A stretch of 64,000 nt of DNA from Candidatus Cloacimonadales bacterium (GCA_963665815.1 OY762463.1:1536001-1600000), one strand, 5' to 3'; shown: positions 20,650-31,008, counted from the stretch's first letter. Made by a program: numbers and translations. The notes: a model not told the origin generated them from the sequence alone.

Positions 20650-23600
20650 ATGCATTTGAACATAAAGAAAATTGCTTTTGTTTTTCTGTTTCTGCTGACT
20701 TTGCTTTATGCACACAAAATTAAGGTGCAAAAAGGAAATATGAACAGCAGAATAAGAAAAACGAGTATTGTAGAGCAGAAATTCAGTGGACCAAACAGGC
20801 AGAAAAGCAGAACTCTTTCAAGTCCAAGATTAGGAGAAAACCTCCTTGTTATGCTTGTTGACTTTCAGGAAGACGATGACCCGCTCACTACCGGAAACGG
20901 GAAATTTCTTACAGAATCGGATTCTCTTTATCCAATTTCTGTAGGAAAACCTCCCCATGACAGAAATTACTTTGAACTTCAAATTGCTGCATTAAGGACT
21001 TATTATAACAGCGTTAGCTTTGGAGAATACAATCTTGATTTCACTGTCATGCCGAGAGATTCTGCTTACACTTTACCTCATGAAATGAGCTATTACCACC
21101 CTAATACAACAAACGGTGACCTTAAGACAGAACGTTTTGAAGAATATTTTCATGATGTTATTACAACTGTTGATAAAGATCAGCATATTGTCTTTTCGAA
21201 CTACGATCATTTCATGGTGATACATGCCGGTTCAGAATGGCAGCATGATGTTTTAGGTGATACTCCATGTGATCTTCCCTCTTTTTTCCTGCGAATTGGA
21301 ACAGGTAAGGAAGAGTGGGTTGATGACAGTACAAAAGTTGTAACTCATTTCTGTAATGTCCCTGAAATGACATCTCAGGATTTTACTACAACCGAACAGA
21401 ATGGAACTTCGTTCATTGATGGATATGGAGCAGTAAATGCAGTTTATGCTCACGAATTCGGACACTCTTTAGGATTGCCTGACTTATACAATGTCTTTAA
21501 CTTCAGTCCATCTGTCGGCTATTGGGATATTATGGACAGTGGTGGTTCTGCAGAACTGACCCTCGAAGCAGATGCAGGTATTTACTCTATCGAAGGCCCC
21601 ATCCCGGCATTCCCCGGAGCATGGTCAAGAGCATTTCTCTGGAACGATTATTTCAGAGAAAGAGGATTTCTGAAAGATATAACAGAATTTGATCTTTCTG
21701 AACCAATTGAACTTTTTGCAGCTACCAGAAGACCTGGAACTCATGAAGTTCTGGGAAAAAATCAGGCTTATATTGTGAAAATTCCAATAAACGAAGATGA
21801 ATATTTTCTTATTGAGAACCGTCAGACAGATCATGATAAGGATGGTCCAACTTCTCTCGTAACAGCAGATGAACCGGATAGTGCAAGAAGAGTAATTCTT
21901 TTCCCTGCTGGTTTTGATGATGCTTTCAATACTGCAGATGAGTATGACTTCAGTTTACCGGGCTGGGTAGATGATCAAACCCTGGCATACGGTGGAGGAT
22001 TAGTTATCTGGCGTGTTAATGATCGTATCATGTTCCGCGAAGGTATTACTGATGGTGATGAATTCCAGTCCAACTTTGACGCTAACAGAATCAATATATA
22101 TACAAAATACCGAGGAGTTCAGATTGTTGAAGCAGATGGACTTTTCGACTTGGGCAATGCATCCTCCCTCTATTGGAATGGAACAGTTTACGAGCCTTTT
22201 TACAAGTTTAAACCTGATTTAGATGCATATGGTAACTTTACAGGCTGGTCTCTGGATCTATTTAATCCGAGATTTAATCCTTCAACTACCCCTGCATTTG
22301 AAGATGAAAACGGCATACCTATTATGTTCGATTTGTATGACATTGATTCTGATCATTATTACGATCCCCTGAGAGTTGCTCCGGAGATAGTAAGCTTCAG
22401 ATTCAAGAGCTACCTTTTTGATAATACTTATACTGTTGATACGGACAACATTGTACCGTTGAAAATAGGATGCAGCTCTAATACAAACAACAATACTGAG
22501 ATCCCTGTTGTTACAGAAAATGGTGTAAATTTCCTTCAATTCAACGATGGAAGTTTTGAGGATATCTACGGTGATATTGATTATGGTTTTACTCATAAAT
22601 ATGCACCTGCTGCAATACCTGAGAATGGCAACCAATACGTTGCCTGCAGTACTAATGAGCTTTTTCTTATTAATGACTATAGAATAGAGCACCAGACAAC
22701 TCTCAACTCAACTTTACAACAGCAGCCAGTTCCGGTTTTACTGAATAATGAGCTCTTTATTGCAGCATTTCTGGAAGACGGTTTGACGTTATATAATCAT
22801 GACTTTACAGAAACTCTTCTTGAGAATGTTCAAGACGTTAAATACTTGAGTTATTACGAAAATAATTTATATGTGTTTTTCTCTGATAACATTGTCATGT
22901 ACAGCTTGAATGATGGTCTTCTGGAACTGGAAAACGGGCAGCCGGATCTTTCAAATAATCCTGATATCAGGATTGGCAACTACAAACCTGTTGTTTACAT
23001 CGATGAAACTAATACTCACCGCGATGCAATATTCTTTCAGAATGAAAATGGGTATCTTTACATGCTAAAAGACAATAAAACAAAGATGCTTCATGATTAT
23101 TCTAATTTTACTACAGATAAGCCAACTCAAATAGCTATTGGTAAAACTGTTGATAACATGCTTCCTGCAATTACTTATGGGGCAGGCAATTATTGTTTCA
23201 TGCTTGATATCAATGGAACATATTTTGAAAGATTCCCTCTGGAAATGTACAAAAAGACTTTCGAACCGGAATCTCATGTAAGGATAATCAGATTCAATAA
23301 TATTAACTGGACATACCTGAAAACAGATATTGGTGAATATGTAGCTGTAAATCCGGAAGGCTACAGAAACAAATCTTATTCACTTAACTGGCAGAGAAGC
23401 AGTATGTATTCAGATCATATTTTCTGGAATGCTTCTTCAAATGAAATGCTCTATACAACGGTCATTTATGACGGATCAAAACCCGAAATACTTGTCCATG
23501 TTAAAGAAGATGTCTACACTGATCCGATAATATGGAATGGGTCGGATGCCAACAACAATGTATATGTAAATACTGAAGTGTTGAATCCGGAGCAAAGCAA

Positions 23601-23856
23601 TGGAAAACCATTCGTTTTTCCTAATCCCTGTTCTATAAATGAGCTTAGAATCAGAATTGAAAACCTGAACTCTGATGCCATAGTTAAAATTTACGATATT
23701 GCCGGAAATCTGATATTCACTCAGGAATATTCAAACATGAACACTGCTTACCAGGATCTTGTAGTAGATGTATCAGGTAAAAGCAGTGGAATATATATAG
23801 CTCACATAAAATACAATGGTAAAGCTGAAAGACTCAAATTCAGCATTATTAGATAA
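20650..23856 (+). CDS. Secreted M6 (immune inhibitor A-like) metalloprotease with T9SS-type C-terminal domain
   Basis: HEFGHSLGLPDLY, WDIMDSG, EYFLIENRQ; tail VFPNP...IYDIAG...SSGIY...KFSIIR. Confidence 0.88.
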   Translation: MHLNIKKIAFVFLFLLTLLYAHKIKVQKGNMNSRIRKTSIVEQKFSGPNRQKSRTLSSPRLGENLLVMLVDFQEDDDPLTTGNGKFLTESDSLYPISVGKPPHDRNYFELQIAALRTYYNSVSFGEYNLDFTVMPRDSAYTLPHEMSYYHPNTTNGDLKTERFEEYFHDVITTVDKDQHIVFSNYDHFMVIHAGSEWQHDVLGDTPCDLPSFFLRIGTGKEEWVDDSTKVVTHFCNVPEMTSQDFTTTEQNGTSFIDGYGAVNAVYAHEFGHSLGLPDLYNVFNFSPSVGYWDIMDSGGSAELTLEADAGIYSIEGPIPAFPGAWSRAFLWNDYFRERGFLKDITEFDLSEPIELFAATRRPGTHEVLGKNQAYIVKIPINEDEYFLIENRQTDHDKDGPTSLVTADEPDSARRVILFPAGFDDAFNTADEYDFSLPGWVDDQTLAYGGGLVIWRVNDRIMFREGITDGDEFQSNFDANRINIYTKYRGVQIVEADGLFDLGNASSLYWNGTVYEPFYKFKPDLDAYGNFTGWSLDLFNPRFNPSTTPAFEDENGIPIMFDLYDIDSDHYYDPLRVAPEIVSFRFKSYLFDNTYTVDTDNIVPLKIGCSSNTNNNTEIPVVTENGVNFLQFNDGSFEDIYGDIDYGFTHKYAPAAIPENGNQYVACSTNELFLINDYRIEHQTTLNSTLQQQPVPVLLNNELFIAAFLEDGLTLYNHDFTETLLENVQDVKYLSYYENNLYVFFSDNIVMYSLNDGLLELENGQPDLSNNPDIRIGNYKPVVYIDETNTHRDAIFFQNENGYLYMLKDNKTKMLHDYSNFTTDKPTQIAIGKTVDNMLPAITYGAGNYCFMLDINGTYFERFPLEMYKKTFEPESHVRIIRFNNINWTYLKTDIGEYVAVNPEGYRNKSYSLNWQRSSMYSDHIFWNASSNEMLYTTVIYDGSKPEILVHVKEDVYTDPIIWNGSDANNNVYVNTEVLNPEQSNGKPFVFPNPCSINELRIRIENLNSDAIVKIYDIAGNLIFTQEYSNMNTAYQDLVVDVSGKSSGIYIAHIKYNGKAERLKFSIIR

Positions 23857-23868
23857 CGGAGGAAAACT

Positions 23869-24924
23869 ATGAAAAAATACTTACTTCTGCTTTTGGTAGC
23901 CCTCTTTCTGACTCCGGTATTTTCTCAGGAAATCGAACCTTTTACTGAAGACACTGAAGAAAAGGAAAAACCTGTAGTAATTAAAAATGAAAAATCAGAT
24001 GAACAGAAAAAAGAAATGAAACAGGATTTTGAGAAAAAACTGGAAAAGCAAAATGATGAAACTCAGATCATTGGAAGCAGATATAAAAGAAAATCCCCTG
24101 TTGGAGCATTGTTTATGTCAGCGGTTGTACCCGGTGCAGGTCAGTTTTATGTTGATAAAACCAGTGTAAGTTCATATATATTTATGGCTGTTGATGTTGC
24201 CTTGATATACTTAATGCACGATTTTAACAAGAAAGGTGACGATATCGAAGAAGACTATAAACGATATGCTGAATTACATTATAATTCCGTAAGGCAGTTT
24301 AAAGTACAACAGGAATTGATAAATATCATCCCTGCAACGGCTGTGAAAGATGATCACTATAATCAGGCTTTGTACGGTTTAGATACAATTGAAGATAGAC
24401 CTATAAATGAAATTCAACTTATCCACGAAAATGGTGAGTATAGAACTCAACACTTCTACGAAGATATCGGGAAATATAACAGATATATTTTCGGATGGGA
24501 TGACTGGGGAGAAGAATGTATTCAGAATTATGATGAGTTCAAAATTAATCCTGCAACGACAGATCCTTTTGTTGAATGGATATGGAGAAGTTCTGATCCT
24601 GGAGTAGATCCGGAAGACGACCCTGATCATACCTGGATCGGTAATGCAAGTTATACTAATGACCAGGACAATTACAAATATACTGCCAATAGAGCAGTCT
24701 ATATCAGAATGAGACAGGATGCTGAAGAAGAACATGATAAAGCTACAATGTGTAGTTTTATGCTCTTTGGAAATCACCTAGTAAGTTCAATTCATGCAAG
24801 AATAGCTGCAAGAAATTACAATGCTCAACATCTTACAACAAGCACGAAAACAAGGTTTCATATTACTTCAAAAATGTATAACAATAATCTGACCCCTGTT
24901 TTTATGCTCACAAAAAGGTTCTGA
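23869..24924 (+). CDS. DUF5683-like exported/membrane protein, paralog 1
   Basis: Signal peptide; SAVVPGAGQFY; NHLVSSIHA; ends in Phe. Confidence 0.65.
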   Translation: MKKYLLLLLVALFLTPVFSQEIEPFTEDTEEKEKPVVIKNEKSDEQKKEMKQDFEKKLEKQNDETQIIGSRYKRKSPVGALFMSAVVPGAGQFYVDKTSVSSYIFMAVDVALIYLMHDFNKKGDDIEEDYKRYAELHYNSVRQFKVQQELINIIPATAVKDDHYNQALYGLDTIEDRPINEIQLIHENGEYRTQHFYEDIGKYNRYIFGWDDWGEECIQNYDEFKINPATTDPFVEWIWRSSDPGVDPEDDPDHTWIGNASYTNDQDNYKYTANRAVYIRMRQDAEEEHDKATMCSFMLFGNHLVSSIHARIAARNYNAQHLTTSTKTRFHITSKMYNNNLTPVFMLTKRF

Positions 24925-24925
24925 T

Positions 24926-25600
24926 ATGAATCGAAGATTACTCCTTGCTTTTCTCGTTTTAGCAATTGTGTGTTCAATCAGTGCTGAAACTAAATCTGTT
25001 AAAAAGGCAGCTTTGTTGTCCCTGTTAATGCCCGGAGCCGGAGAAGTATATACAGAACGTCATAAAAAAGCGATTTTTTTTATGAGTACAGAAGTAGTAA
25101 TTCTTATGTCATATGCCTACATGAGTTCTGAAGTAGATAATGCAATTGACTCTTATAAAATGTATGCGGAACAATATGCAAACAGTGATTTCAACGAATC
25201 CGATGACTATTTTCAGATTATGCATGATAATTACAGTTTCGATGAGTACAATGCTGATATAGAAAGAAGAGCAAGAAATTATTATCTTCTTTATAAGAAT
25301 GATCCCTCCGAGTATCAAAAATACCTTGATGCTAATCTTATGGCTGAGAATACACGCTGGGAATGGGAAGATAAGGGAAAATGGATAGAGTACAGGGAAA
25401 TGCGTAAAGACAAGCAAAACCTCAAAATTATGGCAAATTTCCTTGTTGCTGCATCTCTTCTGAATAGAGTTGTCAGCACAATTGATGCAGTTGCTTCTGC
25501 CAAAAGATTCAACGCTTCCCAAAGTAGAACTTCCAGAATATATGTAAAACCCGATCTTAAAAAGAGAGGAATAAGGCTTCATTATGAATTCAAATTTTAA
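24926..25600 (+). CDS. DUF5683-like protein, paralog 2
   Basis: SLLMPGAGEVY; NRVVSTIDA; ends in YEFKF. Confidence 0.65.
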   Translation: MNRRLLLAFLVLAIVCSISAETKSVKKAALLSLLMPGAGEVYTERHKKAIFFMSTEVVILMSYAYMSSEVDNAIDSYKMYAEQYANSDFNESDDYFQIMHDNYSFDEYNADIERRARNYYLLYKNDPSEYQKYLDANLMAENTRWEWEDKGKWIEYREMRKDKQNLKIMANFLVAASLLNRVVSTIDAVASAKRFNASQSRTSRIYVKPDLKKRGIRLHYEFKF

Positions 25601-26261
25601 AATCATTATCTTGATATTCCTGCTGTCAGCAATGTGTCTGCATGCAGCTCCATCTCCAAAAGCTAAATCATTCCTTAAATCCATTATTATTCCTGGATGG
25701 GGAGAAGTTTCTAATGGAGATAAAACAGGATATATTCATTTTGCAGCTGAGATACTGCTGTTCTCAACAAAGTACTACTATCAGAATCAGGCAGATGTAT
25801 ACAATACTAATGCCGAAGACTGTGCTCTAAAGTATTCAGGTATAGAATCAATGAACATAACTAATCAACATAAAGTTGATCTCGGTAAATATGATTCTTC
25901 AGGTTATGGACCTAATGGTTATAATGCCTATATTCTTCAATCTATGCATTATGATTATCCTGATTTAACAGAACAGGAACAAATTGATTTCCTTGCAGAA
26001 CATACATATTCTGATGAATTGGGTTGGGACTGGGATTCAGGAGCTCACAGAGCAAAATATCGTGTATACAGGAAAAAAAACATGGATTTCAAAGATAAGG
26101 CTAAAGTGATGACTAGTGCAATTATTATGAATCACCTTGCCAGTGGAATTCATTCAATGTTTTCCTCTGCCAGAAAGGCAAATAAAAATAAACAGGTTAA
26201 GTTTGGTGTAAGTACAAATAAAGACGATAATCTGCTTCTTACTGCAATCGTAAGATTCTGA
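25584..26261 (+). CDS. DUF5683-like protein, paralog 3
   Basis: SIIIPGWGEVS; NHLASGIHS; ends in AIVRF. Confidence 0.6.
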   Translation: MNSNFKIIILIFLLSAMCLHAAPSPKAKSFLKSIIIPGWGEVSNGDKTGYIHFAAEILLFSTKYYYQNQADVYNTNAEDCALKYSGIESMNITNQHKVDLGKYDSSGYGPNGYNAYILQSMHYDYPDLTEQEQIDFLAEHTYSDELGWDWDSGAHRAKYRVYRKKNMDFKDKAKVMTSAIIMNHLASGIHSMFSSARKANKNKQVKFGVSTNKDDNLLLTAIVRF

Positions 26262-26850
26262 TTAACAGAGCAACTGAACTTAAAACTATCAAAAAAAGAT
26301 TATTAATAAAAATTCTGACTTCGAAATTACTCGGAGTCTTTTTTTTTATGCTTATCTCCGCTGCATCCTGAAGACAATTTGTGAATAACTCAGCAATTAA
26401 TGAAATAGATAAATAGTCCTTCAGAGTATATCTGGCAGCACTTTTCCTGATCATGTGAAAATATACTGTTAAATATGCGTAGAACCTCAGAAAGACGTTA
26501 TTTTGAATCAGAACATCATATTCTGTCAGATACTCAAAGCTATGCTGAACAATCAAAGACAGGAATAGAAAATATGATATTTTTACAATCAGTGTAATCA
26601 GAAAGGTAAATCCGTTATCATAGAATATTGAAAGCACTCCAATAGCAATAAATACAGGTAGAATTTTCAATTGCAGTTTAACAAGATCATTTATCTTTAT
26701 CCTTGCAATGATCACAGATAAGATGATAGAGATAACATATAGTGCAGCTAAAAGATGCAGACTGATTCCCCAGATTACGGGAATAGTCATAATAACAAGA
26801 CAGATTGCTGTAAGAAAATTTGCTTTTATCAATCTAAGTTGATTATTCAT
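26239..26850 (-). CDS. Hypothetical integral membrane protein (weak EcfT/CbiQ-like look)
   Basis: 203 aa with several hydrophobic helices; starts 4 nt after the TPR gene. Confidence 0.55.
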   Translation of the reverse strand: MNNQLRLIKANFLTAICLVIMTIPVIWGISLHLLAALYVISIILSVIIARIKINDLVKLQLKILPVFIAIGVLSIFYDNGFTFLITLIVKISYFLFLSLIVQHSFEYLTEYDVLIQNNVFLRFYAYLTVYFHMIRKSAARYTLKDYLSISLIAELFTNCLQDAAEISIKKKTPSNFEVRIFINNLFLIVLSSVALLIRILRLQ

Positions 26851-26854
26851 GATA

Positions 26855-29473
26855 CTATTCGTCTTTCTCTTTCTCCCAATCTTCCTTAATTACTTCTTTA
26901 AAATCTTCCTTGAGATCTTTCTTTTCAGCACTGTCTTTATCTTTCAATTCAGAGTCGCTATCTTTCAGTTTCTCAGCTTCAGATGCTTTCAGACTATCTT
27001 GAATTGCTGCTTCTCTAGCTTCTTCCCACTGCACTATCAGAGGTAATCGATCCAGAGATAGAAATTTTGTTCCATCATAAAATTTATTTATTTCTGTTAC
27101 AAATTCAGTGAATCTGTGGTTAGCCTTAATACTGTCAAAAACGGCCCTTGCCTTTATAGTATCATTCATTACTCTATACAGGCATAATCCTTTTGTATAC
27201 AAAATTCTGGCTTTTTCATCACCGTATGTATTTTCCTCAATTTCTTCAAGTATTGCTACACAACTATCCGGATCATCATACATTTTTACCAAGGCCTCTT
27301 CGTACAATATCTTCCTGTTTTTATCCTCAATAGTTGCAAACTCAATTGTCTCACCACTCATCATATTCTGAATTGCATTTGTATATTTACTGCCAGGGTA
27401 CTGAGAACTCATTAGATTTACAACAGAATCGGTTCTAACCGTATCAAGAATAACATTCTTGTATAGCCACCCTTTAAGGAAGTATGAGAATGGGATAAAC
27501 TCTTTTTCATATAAGCTGATAGCATTTATATACTGATCCTTGATAAGAGTTAATGAATCTATTTTTGCTATGTATATTGAATCCTGCAGCTTTTTAATCA
27601 GTTTAATCTCATTTCTCATGGAATCGATTATTGTTGAAACCGAATCCACTCTGGCAATCATCACAGTATCAATATTCACTCGATTAATCTCAATCAAACT
27701 GTCTACCTGAGATATACTGTCCCTCAATCCGGCTATTCGGTTCACAATATGAATTTGAGATTCTTCAAGCTGTTGTCTCTCAGTTTCCAGAGAATCAACA
27801 CTTTCAGCGGTATTTTCATTACCATTCATTTTCTGCATACTGAGAATATCATTTTCTATTACTCTGATTTTCTGCTTGTTTCCTGTAGAATCAGCAGCAA
27901 CTAAGGAATCAATCTTATTCCTGCGGTCAATAATCATAGAATCTATTGCATTTGCAGCTTTCTGCTTTTTAGCAGCCTGTTCCAGGTTAGCCTGAAGAGA
28001 CTTCTTAGCAGCATTGATTGAGTCCTGCCTGCTGATCAACTCGTTCAGTATTCTGTTAATATCCTCTAAATCGTTCTTATAAGTGCTGTCTTTTTTTACT
28101 GCTAAAGTATCAATAAAGGAATAGAGGCTATCTTTTGTATTTTCTGTTGCTTCAATTGCAATACTTAATGAATCAATTCGCAGATAACTCATTGTATCTT
28201 TTTGAGCTATGAATTCTGATATTTTTGTCTTCAGGGTATCCAGTTTAAGTTTATTCTGATCGTAAAGGAACAGGATGTTGTCATATACTTTCAATGCTGA
28301 ATCCGGAGCTTCCAGAACATCAAAATAATATTCTGCCAGCTTGAATTGTTCTTCTACCAGGTCTTCCAGAGATATGGTTCTTTCACTGTCTCTGAACTGT
28401 AGAATCTGAGAAGCAATTGCACTTCTTGCTTTAGCAAACTTATACAGCTCAAACGAACTGTTCACCTTATTATAAGCTTTCATCGCTTCTTCATAATTCA
28501 AAAGAATAAAAAAGTTAAGCTCTGCTTTGTAGAAATAAGCCATTGAATTGATTTCACCGGATCTATTGGTTTTTATTACATTTTCCAATATTTCACCAGC
28601 CAGTTCTGTTTCATCAGTATACATTAATGCTCTGGCTTTCAGAATCTTTGCCTGTGATACTTTTTCTGGATCAATTTCTTTCTTTATCAGGTAATCTGCC
28701 GTTTTCAGAACTTCATTATAATTCTCAAGTTCAAGATTATTTACAGCTTTTCTGTACATCGCATCAAACTTGATTGATTTCTTTGTTCTTTTCTTCAAAA
28801 GTTCATCAAGCACATTAATTGACTTCACATAATCTTTCTCATTATAGAATGACTCACTGAGCAGAATATAGCTTTCGTTGATATAATCTGATTTTGGATA
28901 ATTATCCAGCAGCTTTCTCAGATATGCTCTTGATTGTAGAATATTCTCTTCTTCCATCTGATAATCTGCTGCAAGAAACAACACTTCAGGGTGATACTTC
29001 TTCAGGTTATCATCAAGCAGATATTCCTTAATCTTCTTGAATGCATCTGATTTATTATCCAACTCATATTCAATTTTGATAATATATATTTTCGCTTCAG
29101 GTACAAACTCGCTTTTAGGATAATATTGGATAAGGTCTTCAAATTTACTCTTGCCATCCACCAGTTTTCTATGTGATTTCTGGTAATACAAACACTTGGC
29201 AAGAAGAAAAAGTGCATCATCTGCTCTGGAACTTTTTTTCAGCTCTGTCAGAATTATTCCGCATTTCTTCATACTGTCATTGTACTTCCTTACTGCTTCA
29301 GAATTTGGTCTGTTATTTCGCAGAGGTATATCCTGAGCTTCCTCAAAGTACTTTACAGCGTTGTAATATGTGTTATAATACGCCATTCTGACGCAGCCTG
29401 CTGTTAACACTAAAATCAGCAGACCAATAATAATTCTTACTCTAGTTCCGGTCATATAATGCACTTTCTCCAA
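26855..29473 (-). CDS. TPR-repeat lipoprotein, PorW/SprE-like, with a long coiled-coil insert
   Basis: Lipobox LTAGC (start probably the second Met); YYNTYYNA; YPKS/YPGSKY TPR motifs; DDALFLLAK. Confidence 0.75.
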   Translation of the reverse strand: MEKVHYMTGTRVRIIIGLLILVLTAGCVRMAYYNTYYNAVKYFEEAQDIPLRNNRPNSEAVRKYNDSMKKCGIILTELKKSSRADDALFLLAKCLYYQKSHRKLVDGKSKFEDLIQYYPKSEFVPEAKIYIIKIEYELDNKSDAFKKIKEYLLDDNLKKYHPEVLFLAADYQMEEENILQSRAYLRKLLDNYPKSDYINESYILLSESFYNEKDYVKSINVLDELLKKRTKKSIKFDAMYRKAVNNLELENYNEVLKTADYLIKKEIDPEKVSQAKILKARALMYTDETELAGEILENVIKTNRSGEINSMAYFYKAELNFFILLNYEEAMKAYNKVNSSFELYKFAKARSAIASQILQFRDSERTISLEDLVEEQFKLAEYYFDVLEAPDSALKVYDNILFLYDQNKLKLDTLKTKISEFIAQKDTMSYLRIDSLSIAIEATENTKDSLYSFIDTLAVKKDSTYKNDLEDINRILNELISRQDSINAAKKSLQANLEQAAKKQKAANAIDSMIIDRRNKIDSLVAADSTGNKQKIRVIENDILSMQKMNGNENTAESVDSLETERQQLEESQIHIVNRIAGLRDSISQVDSLIEINRVNIDTVMIARVDSVSTIIDSMRNEIKLIKKLQDSIYIAKIDSLTLIKDQYINAISLYEKEFIPFSYFLKGWLYKNVILDTVRTDSVVNLMSSQYPGSKYTNAIQNMMSGETIEFATIEDKNRKILYEEALVKMYDDPDSCVAILEEIEENTYGDEKARILYTKGLCLYRVMNDTIKARAVFDSIKANHRFTEFVTEINKFYDGTKFLSLDRLPLIVQWEEAREAAIQDSLKASEAEKLKDSDSELKDKDSAEKKDLKEDFKEVIKEDWEKEKDE

Positions 29474-30997
29474 TTAATCGAGTTTACCTACTGTGTTCTC
29501 TACTTCTTCAAGTATTTCACAAGATTTTACAAGTCTTTTCATTTCTGTATGATCAGGATACAATGGCCTGTCTATTTCAAGAAAATCTACATATTTTCTG
29601 ATTACTTCCTTAGCTTTAGTTACTCCGGTTCCAAAGTTATATTCTCTGAAATCAAGTGCTTGAGCTGCTGCCATAAACTCAATACCAATAATACCGTACG
29701 CATTATCAAGAATCTGGAAATTCTTTATTGCAGTATTCATTCCCATTGAAACAAAGTCTTCCTGATCCGCTGCAGCTGGGATTGACTGAATGCAGGCAGG
29801 AGTACTGAGTATTTTCTGCTCTACAATCTGTGTATCGGCAGTATACTGACTGAGCATAAGTCCTGAGAACATACCGGCACCCTTTGTTAGAAAAGCCGGA
29901 AGTCCAACATTCAATGCAGGATGGTTCAGTCTGTTCATTCTTCTCTCAGAAAGAACACAAACCATTGTAACAGCCATTCCAATCATATCCATTGGTAATG
30001 AAACAGGTGTACCCTGAAAGTTTGCTCCGGAAAGCTGAAGTTCTTCATCAGGGAAGAATATTGGGTTGTCCCCAACTCCATTCAATTCGATCTCAACCTG
30101 TGACTTTGCATAGGCGAGTGCATCATGTGCCGCACCTATTATCTGAGGAGTGGATCTCATTGAATATGCATCCTGAACTTTACATTTAATTTTACTGAGA
30201 AAAAGGTCTCCGCCTTCAACACATTTTCTGATAGCTGCCGCAGATCTTTGAGCTCCGGCAAAACCTCTAACCTCGTGAATACGCTTATCATAAGGTTTCA
30301 TATTGGCTTTTAATGCTTCAAGAGACATGGCACAGGCAATTTCAGCTTGTTTAAGAAGATTATTGGCATCGTGAAGGAATATAGCACTCATTGCTGTGAG
30401 AACATTAGAACCATTAATTGTTGCAAGACCATCCCGTGCCATAAGTCCCGGGATCTCAATTCCGGCTTTCTCCAGTGCTGTTTTACCATCGTAAAGCTCA
30501 CCTTCATAGTATGCCTGTCCTTCCCCCATCATAAGCAAAGCTATTTGTGACATAGGAGCAAGGTCACCACAGGCACCAACGGAACCTTTCTGGCAAACAT
30601 AAGGAGTTACACCTTTATTAAGCATCTCTACAAGTGTAAGAGTAATTTCTGGTCTGCATCCGGAGTTTCCGTGAGCATGAACATTTATTCTTCCGACCAT
30701 AGCACCACGTACATACTCAATTGGTGCAGGATCTCCGATACCGGCAGCATGATTATAAATCAGGTACTTCTGAAACTCTTTAACCTGATCATCATCAAGA
30801 ACGACTTCAGAAAATTCACCAATTCCGGTATTTACTCCATACATGATTTCTTTAGCTTCTATCTTTTTCTCCAGCATAGCTCTGCATTTTTTTATTCGCT
30901 CCAGAGCTTCAGGACAAAGTTCCACTTTTTCATTATGTCTGGCAATCCTGACAAGTTTCTCTACTGTTAAACCTGAACCATTAAGTACTATAGCCAT
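29474..30997 (-). CDS. MIO-dependent aromatic amino acid ammonia-lyase family protein with atypical ACG triad
   Basis: YGVNTG, GSVGACGDLAP, QDAYSMR, ANFQG, QEDFVSMG. Confidence 0.9.
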   Translation of the reverse strand: MAIVLNGSGLTVEKLVRIARHNEKVELCPEALERIKKCRAMLEKKIEAKEIMYGVNTGIGEFSEVVLDDDQVKEFQKYLIYNHAAGIGDPAPIEYVRGAMVGRINVHAHGNSGCRPEITLTLVEMLNKGVTPYVCQKGSVGACGDLAPMSQIALLMMGEGQAYYEGELYDGKTALEKAGIEIPGLMARDGLATINGSNVLTAMSAIFLHDANNLLKQAEIACAMSLEALKANMKPYDKRIHEVRGFAGAQRSAAAIRKCVEGGDLFLSKIKCKVQDAYSMRSTPQIIGAAHDALAYAKSQVEIELNGVGDNPIFFPDEELQLSGANFQGTPVSLPMDMIGMAVTMVCVLSERRMNRLNHPALNVGLPAFLTKGAGMFSGLMLSQYTADTQIVEQKILSTPACIQSIPAAADQEDFVSMGMNTAIKNFQILDNAYGIIGIEFMAAAQALDFREYNFGTGVTKAKEVIRKYVDFLEIDRPLYPDHTEMKRLVKSCEILEEVENTVGKLD

Positions 30998-31008
30998 TTT
31001 TCCTCCGC

